Assembly (NCBI RefSeq): GCF_000012925.1
Contig: NC_007517.1
Coordinates: 1,650,001-1,682,000 of the forward strand
DNA length: 32,000 nt
Source of the DNA: Geobacter metallireducens GS-15
GTDB lineage: Bacteria > Desulfobacterota > Desulfuromonadia > Geobacterales > Geobacteraceae
Direction of reading: 5' to 3'
Shown: positions 8,153 to 16,120 of the stretch, one piece after another
How positions within the stretch are numbered: position 1 is the stretch's first letter
Layout: every line of letters begins with the position of its first letter
Translations under genes and position numbers: made by a program
The notes under the pieces: generated by a model
What the model was told of the DNA's origin: nothing
The model's database searches: none
What the model saw: the letters and a program-made list of their open reading frames with translations, nothing else

Positions 8153-11100
8153 ATGGGGGGAACCAGGTATCTCATTGTGGGAATACTGCTCATGGCGGTA
8201 TTGAGCCTCTGCCGGGCGTCATTCGCCGACACGGTGACGTACGGCTATGACGATTTCGGACGCCTTACCGCTATGACCACTGTCGATGCGACGAGGCTCA
8301 CCAGGATCAGCTACCTCTACGACAACGTCGGCAATTTCACGAACCAGACCGTAACTGTGGGGATTCTCGTGAACATGCCGGACGCCAACCTCAGGAATGC
8401 CGTGTGCAGCGCGCTGGGGAAGAATCCTTCCGATCCGCTGACCAGGGATGACCTGGCACTCCTCACCACCTTAAGCGCCGCGGGAAAGGGGATAAGCGAC
8501 CTGACCGGCCTGGAGTGGGCGGTTAACCTGACCAGCGCCGACCTGCGCAACAACAACATCACCTCAACCGCGCCGCTGGCCGGATTGACCAAGCTGACCG
8601 TCCTGCAACTGGACGGCAACCCCGTTGCCACGACAGCGGCAGTGCCCGCCATGGGCACCGTCGGCCTCGTGCTGGCAACCCTCCTGCTGATGCTTCTCAC
8701 CATGAGCCAGCGATTCAGGCTCCCCGGGCGCTTCATCGCCCTGCTCGGGCTCTGTTTCAGCCTGTCGGTCACCACCGTCAACGCCGCCGACGGCCCCGCC
8801 GGTCCGGGGTGGCTGGAAGTCCAGGGCACACCGGTGACTCCCCAGGAGGCGGACGCATTCTACCAAGCAAAGGGCGTCATCCAGCCCCTCTCCGCACCGC
8901 TCGGTTCCATTACGCCGCAATCGGCCACCACCGCCACCCCCGAGATAGCCGCCCTTGCCCGTTCCCTCAAGAATGACCCGAGACTCATCTACGAATACGT
9001 CCGCAACAACGTCGACTATGCTCCCTACTTCGGCTCCCTGAAAGGGGCCACACTCACCGCCATAGAGGGTTCCGGCAACGACTTCGACCAGGCCTCCCTC
9101 ATGATCTCGCTGCTGCGCGCCAGCGGCTACACCGCCCAGTACGTCTACGGCACCATGACCATTCCCGTCGGCGGCGACCCCAACCAGAAGGATATGCAGC
9201 ACTGGCTGGGAGTGGATGCCACCAGCAGCGTCATCGGCACCGTCCTGGCGAACGGCGGCATCCCCTACAGCCAGTCGGGAACCTCCTTCACCGTAAACCG
9301 CGTCTGGGCCCAGGCCACCATCGCCGGCGCCACCTACCTCTTCGACCCGGCCTTCAAGCCCCATCAGACCATCACCGGCATTGACCTGAAGACCGCCATG
9401 GGGTACAGCACCAGCGGCCTTCTTGCGGCGGCCGGCGGCACCGTGGGGACCGATTACGTCCAGAGTCTGAACGAAGCCGGTCTCAAGAGTGCCCTGGACG
9501 GCTACACCCTGAACCTGGCCGCCTACATCCGGGCCAACTACCCCAACGCCAAAACGTCCGAAATCATCGGCGGCAGTGCCATCGTCCCCCAGACCCTTGC
9601 CGCGTTCCCGACCAGCCTCGACTTCGCCACCACGGTCACCGCCACTTGGACCGACATCCCTGACGCCTACGTCCACAAGGTGAGAATCCAGCACGGCAAG
9701 ATCGACCAGACCTTGAACATCCCCGACCTCGCCGGCCAGAAGCTCTCCATCGTCTACCGCACCGGTTCCATAACCACGGCTTCGGCAGTGGCGGCGCCCG
9801 CAACGACTGAGCCGCAGGTGAACCTCGCGCCGCTTCCTACCGCCACCACCCCCGTCGACGGTCAGTTGACCATCACCCCGGCGGGTCCGACCGACACAAC
9901 CCTGCCGAACATCATCGTGCCGGGCTCATACCTGGACGGGAGCAAGACAATCGTCCCCATGGCCACGGGGTCGGCAAATTTCGGCTCCATCTATCCCGCC
10001 TCGGCAGGGGCAAGCTCCACCTCGATGACGTGGGGGCCCATCACCAACCCCAATTCCGTGACCGTCCAGATAGTCGTCACGCTCACGAGTAACCCGCAAG
10101 GGGCATATTCCATTACCCAGTACGCCGGGACAAACAATGTCGCCCCCGGCGCAAGCATAAGCCCGAAGGTGGTCTTCTCCAACGCCGGCCAGACGGCCGG
10201 CACCAAGACCGGACAGCTCCACATCCAATGGTTCTACAACGGGACACCGATTACCGGCGCCGACTCTTACTACGACCTCACCGGCTATGTCGCCAACGCC
10301 ATGTCCCTCGGGGGCTACGGCCTGAACGCCCAGGCGTACATGAACACGCCGTACACCGGCAACGCCCGGCTCAGCAACAACGGCTCCCTCCCCCTGGCCG
10401 TCACCGCCAAGACCCTCACCGGCACAGGCGCGGCCCGCTTCCAGCTCGTCTCCGGCACCGCCGCCACAACCCTGGCCGCAAGCACCTTTCAGGACATCCC
10501 GGTAACCTATCTGGCCGATGTCCACGGCACCCAAACGGCCTCCATCAACATGGGCTTCACCTACGACGGCATGACATACAGCGCCACCAACTATCTGCCC
10601 TTGCAGGGCCAGGCCATCTACAAGCCCGACTTCACCGGCTCGCTCGGGTTCAACGCGGGCACCCCCTATCTCGCCTATCCGGTGGACGGCACCGCCCACC
10701 TTGCCAACGCCGGGAGCCAGCCCCTCACCGTGACCGGCTTCAGCATCACCGGCACCGATGCCGCCCGGTTCACGATCACCGGCGGCAACGCGGCAGGCAC
10801 CATCGCCTCCGGCGGCCACCGGGACATCACTATCCGCTATCTGGCCAACAGCGTCGGCACCCATAGCGCCACCCTGCACATCACCTATACGTACGACGGG
10901 ATCGCCAACTCCATCGACCTTAACCTTGTCGGCCAGACCCTCTCCACACCGGTGGCCCAGCTCTGGCTTGACGACACGATGCTGGCCGAGGAACTGGAAC
11001 CTGTCACCGGAGTTGACCTCAGCACGATGACCATCTCAGTCATGCACCAGTATACGGGCAGCTTCGCCGACCAGTCGGTGAACTACACCCTGACGCGCGG

Positions 11101-14100
11101 CTCCACCTACGCCATCGTCTATGATTTCGGCGGCAGCCGCCTCGGGAAGCTCCTGGAGAAACGGGAGCGGCAGATGCAGGCCTACCGGGAATCGGGGCTT
11201 GCCGACACCTCCCGGCAGGTGCTCACCGAATCCCTCAACGTCATCGGCCAGACCTGGATGCGGGACACCACCCTGGACGCCAACCTTCTCAGCCAGATCG
11301 GCGGGGTCATCGATCTGCGCCAGCACCGCTTCGGCATCGTGGCCCAGGAAACCGGCTACTACATCGACGTGAAGGCGCAGGTGTCCACCGTTTCCCCCAT
11401 CCACGGCGACACCATTGCACGGGATGCCTACTTCAGGACCACCGGCCACCTGGCCAGCGCCATGGAGCACGGCGTGCTGGAACAGATGCAGGCGAACAGC
11501 CCGGCGGTATCCACGGTGAAGCTTCTGCAACTGAACAACGCCGCCGGGAAAAAAGCCTTCATGGTCACCTCCGCCAACTACGCCGCCATCAAGCCGCAGC
11601 TTGCCAACTACAGTACAGATGATCTGAACAGCTTCCAGACCAGCGTCACCAGCGGCAACACCCTCATCCTCCCGGAAAACGGCAAGATCCCCCTGCAAGT
11701 CTGGTCGGGCAAAGGGTACATCGATTTCAACATGGGGGGCACTTCCCGGCACGTGGGGATGATCATCGGCGGGGGGTACAACGGGGGGTACGGGGCTATC
11801 AAGGCGCCTGTGGCGGTTAATACAGAAATGGCCCACGTGAATGTGAATCTCTCGCCCCAGGCCACCATCCCGAAAATAGGCAGCGTTGATCCCGTTGACA
11901 TGGCGACCGGCTTCTGGATGTACAGCAACACCGATCTTACCCTGTCCGGCGGGGCGGGGGGCTTGAGCCTCAGGCGTTCCTACAACAGCGGCAGCAACAA
12001 CATAAAGGACTCACTCGGTTACGGTTGGTCCCATAACTATCATCTTTACGTGGAACCCCACTCAAGCACCCCCTTCGGCCTCGGCCAGCGCCAGCCCGTG
12101 GACGCCGCGGCCCTGATCGTCGCCTCGGTCGCCACCCTGGATGTCATGAACGGCACCCCTGACGTGAAATCATGGCTGACGGGAGCGCTCATCGGCAAAT
12201 GGGCAATGGACACCCTCACCAACAACGCGGCCGGCTGCCACCTGGAGACTGACGTCCTCACCTTCGTGAAGCTGCCGGACGGCTCATTTGCCTCGCCTCC
12301 CGGCGTCACCTCAACGCTGGTGAAAAACGGCAGCCTCTACCAGGTAAATGAACGCTTCGGCCGCACCGTCACCTTTGACGGCAGCAACAACGCCAACGCC
12401 ATGACCGACGCCGACGGCAATGGGGTCACCTTCACCTACACCGGCGGGAAACTCAGCAAGGTAACCGACAATTTCGGCCACAGCCTCGACTTCACCTATA
12501 CCGGGGATCTCCTCACCTCCGTGACCGACAAGGCGGGGCGCAGCGTTGCCTACGGCTACACCGGCACCGACCTCACCACCTACACCGATCCGGAAGGAAA
12601 GGTCTGGACCTATGGGTATGACACCAGCCACCGGATTCTGACACTGAAAAACCCCCGCACCGTCACCACCGTCACCAACGTCTACGATGCCTTTGGCCAG
12701 GTACAGAGTCAGACCATGCCCAGGCAGACCGGCACCGCCACCTACAACCTCTACTTCAACGGCTACCGCAACATCGAGGAGGACGGCACCGGCCACCAGA
12801 CCATCTACCATTTCGACGAGCAGAAACACCTCCTGGGGGTGGAGAACACCCTGGGCCAGAGAACCACCAGATACTACGACGGTCAGGGGCATGTGGTCGC
12901 CGAGACCGATCCCCGAGGGTTCAGCACCGGCTATCTCTATGACGGCAACCATAACCTGACCAGAGTAACCGACCCGTTCATCAGGTACACCGACACCACC
13001 TACGACAGCCAGTTCCGTCTTACCGACGTGACCGACCCCCTGGGGCACACGACTCACACCGATTACGACACCAAGCATCACCCCGTCAAAACCACCGTCT
13101 ACCCGGCCACAGGCCAATCCATCTACACCCAGAAAAGCTACTATGCCAACGGCCTCGTGAACACCACCACCGACGGCAGAGGTGTCATCACCACCCTGAC
13201 CCAGGATACCTACGGCAACCCGGCCACCAGCAAGACCTCCACGGCCCCTGCCATCACGTATGTCTACGACGGAATCGGCCGAATGACCTCCCTCACCGAC
13301 CAGGAAGGGGCCAAGACCTCCTTTACCTACGACAAGAGGAGCCTCCCCACCGGCAGCACCGACCCGCTGACCAAGAACACCTCGCTCACCTACTACGACG
13401 ACGGCACCCTCTGGACGAAAACGGACCGCAACGGCAAGACCACCACCTTCACCTACACCCCTACCGGCAAGACGAACAGCATCGCCTATGCCGGGGGGAC
13501 AAGCGTAACGTACACCTACGACCAGGACGACAACCTGACCAAAATGCTGGACTCTCTGGGGACAACCACCTACGGCTACGACGACGCCAACCGCCTCACC
13601 AGCACCACCGACCCACGGGGCTTCGCCATCGGCTACGACCGCGACGCCAACGGCAACATCTCCAGAATCACCTATCCCGGCAACAAGACGGTGAGCTACA
13701 CCTACGATGCCCTGAACCGGATCAAAACCGTCACCATCGACTGGCTCAATAAAACCGCCACCTACACCTACGACGATGCAGGAAGGATGCTTGATCTTAC
13801 CCACTTCAACAATACCTACACCCGCTACACCCACGACAACGCCAACCGGCTCACCGCTCTCGAAAACCGGCTCTCCAACGCCGGAAGCCCCATAGCTACC
13901 TACGCCTTCACCCTGGACGGAAACGGCAACCGCACCGGCGTCACCCAGACCGTGCCCATCGCGCTGAACGCCACCGCCTCAAACACGAATTTCACCATGA
14001 ACCTCCAGAAGAACCGCCTCGCCCAGGCTGGGAGCACCAGCTTTACCTACGACAACGAAGGGCAGCTTGCCACCAGGACAGGTGACATCTATACTTTCGA

Positions 14101-15037
14101 CGACGCCCATCGGCTGACCAATATCACCGGCTCGGTCAGCTACCAGTACAAATACGACGGCGCCGGGAACCGCCTGGAGGCGACCCGAAACGGCGTAACA
14201 ACGAGGTACATCTACGACGCCAACGGCAATCTCCTGGCCGAGGCGGACGGCACCAACGCCATCACCCGTTACTACATCTACGGCAATGGCTTGCTCGCCA
14301 TGGTGGCCTCGGGCAACCAGCCGTACTGTTACCACTTCGACGCAACCGGCCACACCGTGGCCTTAACCGATGCCGGCGCTAATGTGGTGAACAGGTATGC
14401 CTACACTCCCTTCGGGGCTATCGGCAACCAGCAGGAAACCATCAGCCAGCCGTTCAAGTATGTGGGAAAATATGGCGTCATGAGCGAGCCGAACGGCTTC
14501 TATTACATGCGAGCACGGTATTATGATGCCAGCGTCGGCAGGTTCATCAGCGAAGACCCCAAGGGCTTCGACGGTGGGGATGTGAACTTGATGGTTTATG
14601 TTGGCAACAACCCCGTCATGTTGATTGATCCTAATGGTTTAAGTGCTTTCGGAAAAATCTGGAACCTTCCCAATACCCTATTAGGACTGGCTTGGGGCGG
14701 TATTGGAATGCTTGGAGGTGCACACGCATCCATTGGAAACAATGCAATTCAATTCGAAAAACATCCTTTTATGTTTGGCGCGATTACATTAGGGAACACC
14801 ATATCTTACGCAAAAGACTTCGGACCAAATACAATGCTGGACAATGGCACTGTTGGTAAGCATGAATCACAACATACGATTCAGGGTGAACAGTTGGGGC
14901 CGCTTTATCTTCCTTCCAACATTCTTGGTTTAGCCGCAGGACAAATAATCAATGGAAATACACATGGCCCTGCAAATTGGAACGAAAGAGGGCCACAATC
15001 AACACCGCCAAGTCCTTGGGGAGGATATGGAAAATGA
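8153..15037 (+). CDS. RHS/YD-repeat polymorphic toxin, Sec-signal-bearing, 2294 aa
   Basis: The ATG at 8153 is preceded by a G-rich SD and followed by the signal peptide 'MGGTRYLIVGILLMAVLSLCRASFA'. There are dozens of YD repeats of the form 'YxYDxxGNL/R..'. An N-terminal plug 'DPVDMATGFWMYSNTDLTLSG...RSYNS...GYGWSHNY' is present. The RHS-associated core ends with 'YYMRARYYDASVGRFISEDP...NNPVMLIDPNGL'. The track start at 8042 (TTG) runs through the upstream terminator hairpin and is rejected. Confidence 0.95.
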   Translation: MGGTRYLIVGILLMAVLSLCRASFADTVTYGYDDFGRLTAMTTVDATRLTRISYLYDNVGNFTNQTVTVGILVNMPDANLRNAVCSALGKNPSDPLTRDDLALLTTLSAAGKGISDLTGLEWAVNLTSADLRNNNITSTAPLAGLTKLTVLQLDGNPVATTAAVPAMGTVGLVLATLLLMLLTMSQRFRLPGRFIALLGLCFSLSVTTVNAADGPAGPGWLEVQGTPVTPQEADAFYQAKGVIQPLSAPLGSITPQSATTATPEIAALARSLKNDPRLIYEYVRNNVDYAPYFGSLKGATLTAIEGSGNDFDQASLMISLLRASGYTAQYVYGTMTIPVGGDPNQKDMQHWLGVDATSSVIGTVLANGGIPYSQSGTSFTVNRVWAQATIAGATYLFDPAFKPHQTITGIDLKTAMGYSTSGLLAAAGGTVGTDYVQSLNEAGLKSALDGYTLNLAAYIRANYPNAKTSEIIGGSAIVPQTLAAFPTSLDFATTVTATWTDIPDAYVHKVRIQHGKIDQTLNIPDLAGQKLSIVYRTGSITTASAVAAPATTEPQVNLAPLPTATTPVDGQLTITPAGPTDTTLPNIIVPGSYLDGSKTIVPMATGSANFGSIYPASAGASSTSMTWGPITNPNSVTVQIVVTLTSNPQGAYSITQYAGTNNVAPGASISPKVVFSNAGQTAGTKTGQLHIQWFYNGTPITGADSYYDLTGYVANAMSLGGYGLNAQAYMNTPYTGNARLSNNGSLPLAVTAKTLTGTGAARFQLVSGTAATTLAASTFQDIPVTYLADVHGTQTASINMGFTYDGMTYSATNYLPLQGQAIYKPDFTGSLGFNAGTPYLAYPVDGTAHLANAGSQPLTVTGFSITGTDAARFTITGGNAAGTIASGGHRDITIRYLANSVGTHSATLHITYTYDGIANSIDLNLVGQTLSTPVAQLWLDDTMLAEELEPVTGVDLSTMTISVMHQYTGSFADQSVNYTLTRGSTYAIVYDFGGSRLGKLLEKRERQMQAYRESGLADTSRQVLTESLNVIGQTWMRDTTLDANLLSQIGGVIDLRQHRFGIVAQETGYYIDVKAQVSTVSPIHGDTIARDAYFRTTGHLASAMEHGVLEQMQANSPAVSTVKLLQLNNAAGKKAFMVTSANYAAIKPQLANYSTDDLNSFQTSVTSGNTLILPENGKIPLQVWSGKGYIDFNMGGTSRHVGMIIGGGYNGGYGAIKAPVAVNTEMAHVNVNLSPQATIPKIGSVDPVDMATGFWMYSNTDLTLSGGAGGLSLRRSYNSGSNNIKDSLGYGWSHNYHLYVEPHSSTPFGLGQRQPVDAAALIVASVATLDVMNGTPDVKSWLTGALIGKWAMDTLTNNAAGCHLETDVLTFVKLPDGSFASPPGVTSTLVKNGSLYQVNERFGRTVTFDGSNNANAMTDADGNGVTFTYTGGKLSKVTDNFGHSLDFTYTGDLLTSVTDKAGRSVAYGYTGTDLTTYTDPEGKVWTYGYDTSHRILTLKNPRTVTTVTNVYDAFGQVQSQTMPRQTGTATYNLYFNGYRNIEEDGTGHQTIYHFDEQKHLLGVENTLGQRTTRYYDGQGHVVAETDPRGFSTGYLYDGNHNLTRVTDPFIRYTDTTYDSQFRLTDVTDPLGHTTHTDYDTKHHPVKTTVYPATGQSIYTQKSYYANGLVNTTTDGRGVITTLTQDTYGNPATSKTSTAPAITYVYDGIGRMTSLTDQEGAKTSFTYDKRSLPTGSTDPLTKNTSLTYYDDGTLWTKTDRNGKTTTFTYTPTGKTNSIAYAGGTSVTYTYDQDDNLTKMLDSLGTTTYGYDDANRLTSTTDPRGFAIGYDRDANGNISRITYPGNKTVSYTYDALNRIKTVTIDWLNKTATYTYDDAGRMLDLTHFNNTYTRYTHDNANRLTALENRLSNAGSPIATYAFTLDGNGNRTGVTQTVPIALNATASNTNFTMNLQKNRLAQAGSTSFTYDNEGQLATRTGDIYTFDDAHRLTNITGSVSYQYKYDGAGNRLEATRNGVTTRYIYDANGNLLAEADGTNAITRYYIYGNGLLAMVASGNQPYCYHFDATGHTVALTDAGANVVNRYAYTPFGAIGNQQETISQPFKYVGKYGVMSEPNGFYYMRARYYDASVGRFISEDPKGFDGGDVNLMVYVGNNPVMLIDPNGLSAFGKIWNLPNTLLGLAWGGIGMLGGAHASIGNNAIQFEKHPFMFGAITLGNTISYAKDFGPNTMLDNGTVGKHESQHTIQGEQLGPLYLPSNILGLAAGQIINGNTHGPANWNERGPQSTPPSPWGGYGK
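8369..8627 (+). other. leucine-rich-repeat segment of the rhs product
   Basis: 'LTTLSAAGKGISDLTGLEWAVNLTSADLRNNNITSTAPLAGLTKLTVLQLDGNPV' fits the LxxLxLxxNxI periodicity. It is preceded by one YD-repeat pair, 'TYGYDDFGRLT...YLYDNVGNFT'. Confidence 0.65.
8939..9362 (+). other. transglutaminase-like fold domain with substituted catalytic residues
   Basis: 'GSGNDFDQASLMISLLRASGYTAQYVYG ... NRVWAQATIAGATYLFDP' matches the transglutaminase-core pattern G-x-C-x-x-F...R..G.PAR.V.G ... H.W.......W..FDP. However, Asn (nt 9077-9079) replaces the Cys and Arg (nt 9299-9301) replaces the His. Confidence 0.5.
9968..10951 (+). other. array of three Ig-like (choice-of-anchor-D/ASH-type) repeats in the rhs product
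   Basis: Three ~105-aa units share '...NxG..PLxVTxxxxTGxxAxRFxxxxG.....xxxxxxDIxxxYLAxxxGTxxAxxxxxYxYDG...'. Confidence 0.6.
11885..14641 (+). other. RHS shell (plug, YD-repeat cocoon and RHS-associated core ending in DPNGL)
   Basis: See the rhs CDS evidence. The aspartyl autoproteolysis-type motif 'PVMLIDPNGL' ends at nt 14641. Confidence 0.85.
14642..15034 (+). other. C-terminal toxin tip (131 aa), putative zincin-like metallopeptidase/membrane-active domain
   Basis: This is the sequence after DPNGL. It contains a Gly-zipper-like stretch 'LLGLAWGGIGMLGG', then 'AITLGNTISYAKDF...GKHESQHTIQGEQ' with an HExxH motif. GC content is roughly 40% against >60% in the shell, judged by eye on sampled 60-mers. 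Confidence 0.55.
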
Positions 15038-15453
15038 AGCGCTTCTTTTTGTTTGTACTTTTTTTAATTATGAACTTGAATCTTATTGGTTGTGATACAC
15101 TTTATCGTTCTCGAATATATATACGCACGTTACCTTTTCTCTCTACAACAGATGCTGAATATATAATAAAGGAATTTTCATTGCATCATGGATACACAAT
15201 TAGACAAAGTGACAAAAATGATCCTTGGGTAAAACAAGAAATAGGAGTAGAACAACCTGTAACTATCTGGATAGCTCAAAAAAAATATGAACCAACTATA
15301 TTGTTTACTACAATGACAGATGCTGCTGCCGTGAGGTTAATTCAATTGTCAGGTGCTATTCGTCCTTCAATACATCGGAAATATACAGAGGAATTGTATT
15401 TGTTATTGAAGGATAAATTCGGGGGAGATAACGTAAGTCTTCTTGAAAACTGA
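15034..15453 (+). CDS. cognate immunity lipoprotein (139 aa)
   Basis: The ATG overlaps the rhs stop (ATGA at 15034-15037). Lipoprotein signal 'MKRFFLFVLFLIMNLNLIGC' contains the lipobox LIGC. GC content is very low, about 25-35% in sampled stretches. Its position immediately 3' of the toxin tip is canonical for immunity genes. Confidence 0.75.
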   Translation: MKRFFLFVLFLIMNLNLIGCDTLYRSRIYIRTLPFLSTTDAEYIIKEFSLHHGYTIRQSDKNDPWVKQEIGVEQPVTIWIAQKKYEPTILFTTMTDAAAVRLIQLSGAIRPSIHRKYTEELYLLLKDKFGGDNVSLLEN

Positions 15454-15470
15454 GGAGGTTCTTCCGCAGA

Positions 15471-15506
15471 AGGAACGAGGAAGGAACGAGGGACGCTTCC
15501 CATATT
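15471..15506 (+). repeat. junction repeat copy R1 plus an upstream half copy
   Basis: Half copy AGGAACGAGG lies at 15471-15480. It is followed by AGGAACGAGGGACGCTTCCCATATT at 15482-15506. R1 differs from R3 by one missing A and one A/G mismatch. Confidence 0.8.
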
Positions 15507-15520
15507 GCCTCGTCCGCAGG

Positions 15521-15547
15521 GAGGAAACCAGGGACACTTCCCATATT
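15521..15547 (+). repeat. junction repeat copy R2
   Basis: GAGGAAACCAGGGACACTTCCCATATT matches 26 of 27 nt of copy R3 at 16120-16146. It lies 23 nt upstream of the start of rhs homology in the orphan fragment. Confidence 0.85.
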
Positions 15548-15570
15548 ATTAGGGAGTCCCTTATTTCCCC

Positions 15571-16120
15571 CCAGCTCCTTTCCGGCACCGCCGCCACAAC
15601 CCTGGCCGCGAACAGCTTTCAGGACATCCCGGTAACCTACCTGGCCGATGTCCACGGTACCCAATCGGCCTCCATCAACATGGGCTTCACCTATGACGGC
15701 ATGACGTACAGCGCCACCAACTATCTGCCCTTGCAGGGCCAGGCCATCTACAAGCCCGACTTCACCGGGTCCTACGGCTTCAACTATGGCACCCCCTATC
15801 TCGCCAATCCGGTGGACGGCACAGTCAGACTGGTTAACGCCGGGAGCCAGCCCCTCACCGTGACCGGCGTCAGCATCACGGGCGCCGATGCAGTCCGGTT
15901 CCAGATTACGGGAGGCAACCAGAACGGCAACCTTTCTCCCGGCCAATACCGGGACATCAATGTACGCTATCTGGCCAACAGCGTCGCAACCCATTCAGCC
16001 AATGTGAACGTCAGCTACACCTACGACGGAGTTGCCAACACGCAGGACCTCGGCCTTTCCGGTCAAACCCTCTCCACGCCGGTGGCCCAGCTCTGGCTGG
16101 ACGACACGATGATCGCCGAG
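15571..16120 (+). pseudogene. orphan, frame-preserving copy of the internal rhs segment 10441-10990 (half of Ig-like repeat 2, all of repeat 3, and the 'QLWLDDTM' junction)
   Basis: Colinear alignment at a constant offset of 5130 with no indels. My hand count is 87 mismatches in 550 nt. The frame is open throughout, but there is no ATG, RBS or signal peptide. Homology ends abruptly at both flanks. The track ORF 15443-16261 reads through non-coding repeats and starts at TTG. Confidence 0.8.

Noticed and set aside
8153-15037. Assignment of the RHS toxin to a type VI secretion system
   Set aside because: No PAAR domain, VgrG, Hcp or chaperone genes are in the window. The protein has a Sec signal peptide plus LRR/Ig-like domains, which points to a different, unidentified export or delivery route.
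10441-16120. Diversity-generating retroelement (template repeat/variable repeat pair) as an explanation for the two 550-nt copies
   Set aside because: Mismatches are not confined to adenine positions of either copy; many are C/G/T differences and synonymous third-position changes. The repeat is far longer than typical TR/VR pairs. It is not at the 3' end of the target gene. No reverse transcriptase is present in the window.
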